NCBI GenBank assembly: GCA_016215765.1
Contig: JACRHY010000021.1
Coordinates: 1-27,332 of the forward strand
Length of the DNA: 27,332 bases
Direction of reading: 5' to 3'
DNA from: Parcubacteria group bacterium
Lineage (GTDB): Bacteria > Patescibacteriota > Minisyncoccia > UBA6257 > JACRHY01
The translations under genes and the position numbers were made by a program. This document shows, piece after piece, positions 24,396 through 27,332 of this stretch. Within the stretch, counting starts at the first letter, position 1. Each line of letters opens with the position of its first letter. The notes beneath the pieces were generated by a model. It searched no databases and was not told the DNA's origin. It was given only the letters and a program-made list of their open reading frames with translations.

Positions 24396-26348
24396 ATGAA
24401 AAAGAGCTTATACGGCAACAATTTCGGATTTATAAGAGTCGCGGCAGCCGTGCCTTTTGTGCGCGTGGGCGATCTCAGATTCAATACTCGCGAGATCATT
24501 GCGGCGGCGCGGCGGGCGTCCGCTGAAACGGCGGCAGTCGTCGTGTTTCCGGAACTTTCTCTCACCGGATACTCTCTTGGAGATCTTTTTCAGCACGAAT
24601 GCGTGCAGATGGAAGCTCTTCGTGCGGCGCAAGAAATCGCGGAGGCCTTGCGTGATAAAAAAATCATCACGGTGATTGGCTTACCCATTCCGGTCGGGGC
24701 CGCTTTATATAATGTTGCGGCTGTCTTATATGGCGGAAATATCGTTGGCGTCGTGCCGAAAACATATCTTCCTGGGTATAAAGAGTTTTACGAAGAGCGA
24801 TGGTTTTCTTCCGGAGTAAGTCTTTCTCAAAAAACTATCTCAATAGCGGGAAAAGAAGTTCCGATCGGAACGGATATTTTGTTTGAATTATCGTTCGATC
24901 CGCGCATCGTGCTTGGCATTGAGATCTGCGAAGACGCGTGGGTGCCCATTCCTCCCTCCGCGCGACAAGCGCTTTCCGGAGCGACCATCATCGCGAATCT
25001 CTCCGCGTCAAACGATCTTATTGGAAAAGCGGCGTATCGAAAGGACTTGATAAAACATCATTCGGCAAGCGGCATATCCGGATATATTTATGCGTCGGCG
25101 GGAGTTTCGGAATCAACGACCGATGTCGTGTACGGCGGGCACGCCATAATCGCCGAGAACGGAACGATATTAAGCGAGTCCGAACGGTTCAGGCGGGAAG
25201 GAACAATCCAATATGCGGATATTGATATTGAGCATCTCGTGTTTGACAGAAAAAAGACGACGAGTTTCGAGGCGGCGCGAGCGCATGTGCGTGGCCCTTC
25301 TTTCAGACGTATTGCGATTGATATGCCGTACGGGCCGCTTAAAAACAGCAAGCGGCGCATAGACCCGCGACCATTTGTTCCGGACGAAAATAATAATGAC
25401 GATGTGCGTGACGTGTTTGCGATACAATCGCACGCATTAGCGCAGAGACTTTCATATGCGGGGCTCGATAATGCTGTCATTGGAGTTTCCGGCGGTTTGG
25501 ACTCCGCGCTTGCGCTTCTTGTCGCGGCCGAGGCCTGCGCTATTCTCCGTATTCCGGCTGCGTGTATTCACGCCATTTCCATGCCAGGACCCGCGACGAG
25601 CGATCGCACGAAAAGAAACGCGCGCATTCTTTCGGATGCGCTCGGCGCGACATTTGAAGAAATATCAATACATGACGGAGTGGCGGTGCAGATCAAAGAT
25701 ATCGCGCACGATGGAAAGACGCAGGACGTCGTGTTTGAGAACGTGCAGGCGCGCTATCGCACCATGATTCTTATGGACAAAGCGAACCAGACCCGCGGCA
25801 TCGTCGTGGGGACGGGGGATCTTTCCGAGATAGCTCTCGGATGGAATACGTTCACCGGCGATCATATTTCGCACTACAATGTGAACGCCGGTGTTCCAAA
25901 AACACTGATTGCGCGCGTGGTCTCATGGGCATGTTCGCAGGAGCGTTTTTCCGCTACGCGCTCGGCGCTTCAAGACATTCTTTCGACTCCCGTATCTCCA
26001 GAATTGACGATGAATAAAAAAGGAGCATTGACGCAGAAAACCGAAGATATATTAGGACCCTACGAACTCCATGATTTTTTTCTCTATCATTTCGTACGAT
26101 GGGGGAGCTCTCCGGCAAAGATCGCATATCTCGCGAGAAACGCCTTTACGGGCATCTACAGTGCGGCGGATATAAGGTTAAGATTAAAAATTTTTCTGAA
26201 ACGGTTTTTCGCGAATCAATGGAAACGTTCGGTAATGCCCGACGGTCCGAAAGTCGGTTCAGTGTCATTATCGCCTCGCGGCGATTGGCGCATGCCGTCG
26301 GATGCGCACGCGTCCTTTTGGGTTGACGGCATCCGCAAGCCCCGTTAG
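24396..26348 (+). CDS. nadE: Glutamine-dependent NAD(+) synthetase
   Basis: Nitrilase-domain triad (FPELSLTGY, VPKTYLP..EFYE.RWF, EICED) plus synthetase SGGLDS, ENVQARYRT, GTGDLSE and PDGPKVG. Confidence 0.96.
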   Translation: MKKSLYGNNFGFIRVAAAVPFVRVGDLRFNTREIIAAARRASAETAAVVVFPELSLTGYSLGDLFQHECVQMEALRAAQEIAEALRDKKIITVIGLPIPVGAALYNVAAVLYGGNIVGVVPKTYLPGYKEFYEERWFSSGVSLSQKTISIAGKEVPIGTDILFELSFDPRIVLGIEICEDAWVPIPPSARQALSGATIIANLSASNDLIGKAAYRKDLIKHHSASGISGYIYASAGVSESTTDVVYGGHAIIAENGTILSESERFRREGTIQYADIDIEHLVFDRKKTTSFEAARAHVRGPSFRRIAIDMPYGPLKNSKRRIDPRPFVPDENNNDDVRDVFAIQSHALAQRLSYAGLDNAVIGVSGGLDSALALLVAAEACAILRIPAACIHAISMPGPATSDRTKRNARILSDALGATFEEISIHDGVAVQIKDIAHDGKTQDVVFENVQARYRTMILMDKANQTRGIVVGTGDLSEIALGWNTFTGDHISHYNVNAGVPKTLIARVVSWACSQERFSATRSALQDILSTPVSPELTMNKKGALTQKTEDILGPYELHDFFLYHFVRWGSSPAKIAYLARNAFTGIYSAADIRLRLKIFLKRFFANQWKRSVMPDGPKVGSVSLSPRGDWRMPSDAHASFWVDGIRKPR

Positions 26349-26368
26349 AAGCTTTGCTTCTAACGGGG
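26340..26368. repeat. Palindrome family B copy containing the nadE stop codon
   Basis: Perfect 13-bp arms CCCCGTTAGAAGC / GCTTCTAACGGGG with TTT loop; the nadE TAG is at 26346-26348. Confidence 0.9.
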
Positions 26369-26486
26369 GAAGCTATGAAAAGCAAAAAAGGAAAAAACGC
26401 TTTGCCTTTTCGCCCCGCCGGAGCTCTTTTCGTGCGGCGATGCGAGTGCGGGATATCACTCGTATTTTTCTATGTTAATATAAATA

Positions 26487-26735
26487 ATGCTTGATTGGGA
26501 AAACAATCCGATGCTTTGGGAGTTCGGATGGCTGTTTTTGTCCTCACTTTGGGGGCTTCTTGTTATTGGAATTATCGCGCTTATCAGGCGGTTGGCGGCT
26601 CGGCCAAAAGGATCGCTCGGCGAACGCAAATACTCCGCTCGTTCGGCGGATGCCTCGCCGCCGGAAATTCCGAAGGATTGATTCGCCGGAAGCGAGATTG
26701 ACAAAAAAGAGTTTGAGGAAAAAAGAGGGGTTTAA
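26487..26735 (+). pseudogene. SHOCT-type small membrane protein interrupted by an in-frame TGA
   Basis: Hydrophobic WEFGWLFL..WGLLVIGIIALIR helix, then EIPKD*FAGSEIDKKEFEEKRGV in the same frame, resembling the SHOCT pattern ILKERFAxGEIxxEEFEE. Confidence 0.6.
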
Positions 26736-27049
26736 GTTGACGGAAAATTCGTCCGCGAATTGGCGGCCTTGAGAGCTTGTGTCGCTGTGGAGATAACGTA
26801 AACGAATGCCGCCATAAGCAGAGCGTAAGAAGGAAATTCGTACGCCTCGCCCATTTTTGTCTTTAAGTCAAAAATGTCATCGGCCAAATGCCAAAGAGTA
26901 AGAACGAATATCAATACGAAAAAAACATATAGCGAACGGAAAAGGCGATGGCTTAATCCGCGTTTTATCAAGCGCTGCACTAAAATAACCGCCGCGAAAG
27001 CGAGCATCGGCTGGGCGATTGCGAGAGCCAAATGAATAGCGCGTATCAT
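26732..27049 (-). CDS. Small hypothetical membrane protein (about 3 TM helices)
   Basis: Alternating hydrophobic stretches. Likely start MIRAIHL at 27049; 27100 is possible. Confidence 0.65.
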   Translation of the reverse strand: MIRAIHLALAIAQPMLAFAAVILVQRLIKRGLSHRLFRSLYVFFVLIFVLTLWHLADDIFDLKTKMGEAYEFPSYALLMAAFVYVISTATQALKAANSRTNFPST

Positions 27050-27157
27050 TGTTGATATATTATACCGTTTTTGACGGACGGGCGATTGCCCTTCCGCCAT
27101 TTTTTAATTATACTGCCTCTGATAGTTTTCTTGTAGTTTCTTGAAAGGGGGGGCGCA

Positions 27158-27332
27158 ATGGAGGAGAGAACCGAATTTTTGCGGGATTTTATTTTTGAAT
27201 CCAACGCGATTGAAAACATCAAAGACGACAAAGGGCGGCTGGAAAAAGAAATAAGAGAGAATAAGCCGGACGGCCATGTCGGCGCGGCGCTTTATTTAGA
27301 ACGGCTGGCGGCGGATAAAAAAAGATTGCTAA
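27158..27332 (+). CDS. 3'-truncated ORF, possibly Fic family
   Basis: G-rich RBS, then MEERTEFLRDFIFESNAIENIKDD... open to the window edge. ESNAIE resembles the N-terminal SNAIE motif of Fic proteins; the catalytic HPF motif is not in the window. Confidence 0.5.
   Translation, partial: MEERTEFLRDFIFESNAIENIKDDKGRLEKEIRENKPDGHVGAALYLERLAADKKRLL

Noticed and set aside
26679-26681. TGA recoding (code 25 Gly, or selenocysteine)
   Set aside because: pncA and the vWA gene end in TGA at expected lengths, and long genes such as dnaE are open under code 11. A single nonsense mutation is simpler.
17333-27332. NAD/TerY-P locus as a defined integrative element or prophage
   Set aside because: No integrase, transposase or phage genes, and no distal copy of the tRNA-Pro 3' repeat in the window. 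Horizontal origin is plausible but not shown.

Overview
Bacterial window that looks like Patescibacteria/CPR, probably Parcubacteria. This is inferred from a short AspRS, a ThrRS with no obvious TGS domain, ComEC split into two genes, and palindromic and heptamer sequences inside genes. Standard code 11 fits: pncA and the vWA gene end in TGA, and long conserved ORFs have no internal TGA. Left 17 kb: mostly housekeeping genes (mnmA, thrS broken by a 1-nt frameshift, dnaE, rnhB, cobO, comEC plus MBL partner, aspS, ndk, cca), three tRNAs and a BrnT-like toxin-antitoxin pair. At the 5' edge is a truncated gene whose 3' end resembles a DGR variable region. Right 9 kb, directly after tRNA-Pro: nrtR - pncA-like - vWA - PP2C - YegI-like kinase - pncB - glutamine-dependent nadE. 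This is a TerY-P-like phosphorylation triad embedded in an NAD salvage pathway. Three GTGT-N7-ACAC operators sit at predicted promoters, which suggests control by the ADP-ribose-sensing repressor NrtR. This locus is the best candidate for an undescribed system. A second theme is several families of short palindromes inserted into or at the ends of genes. All calls are by eye from motifs; no database searches were run.
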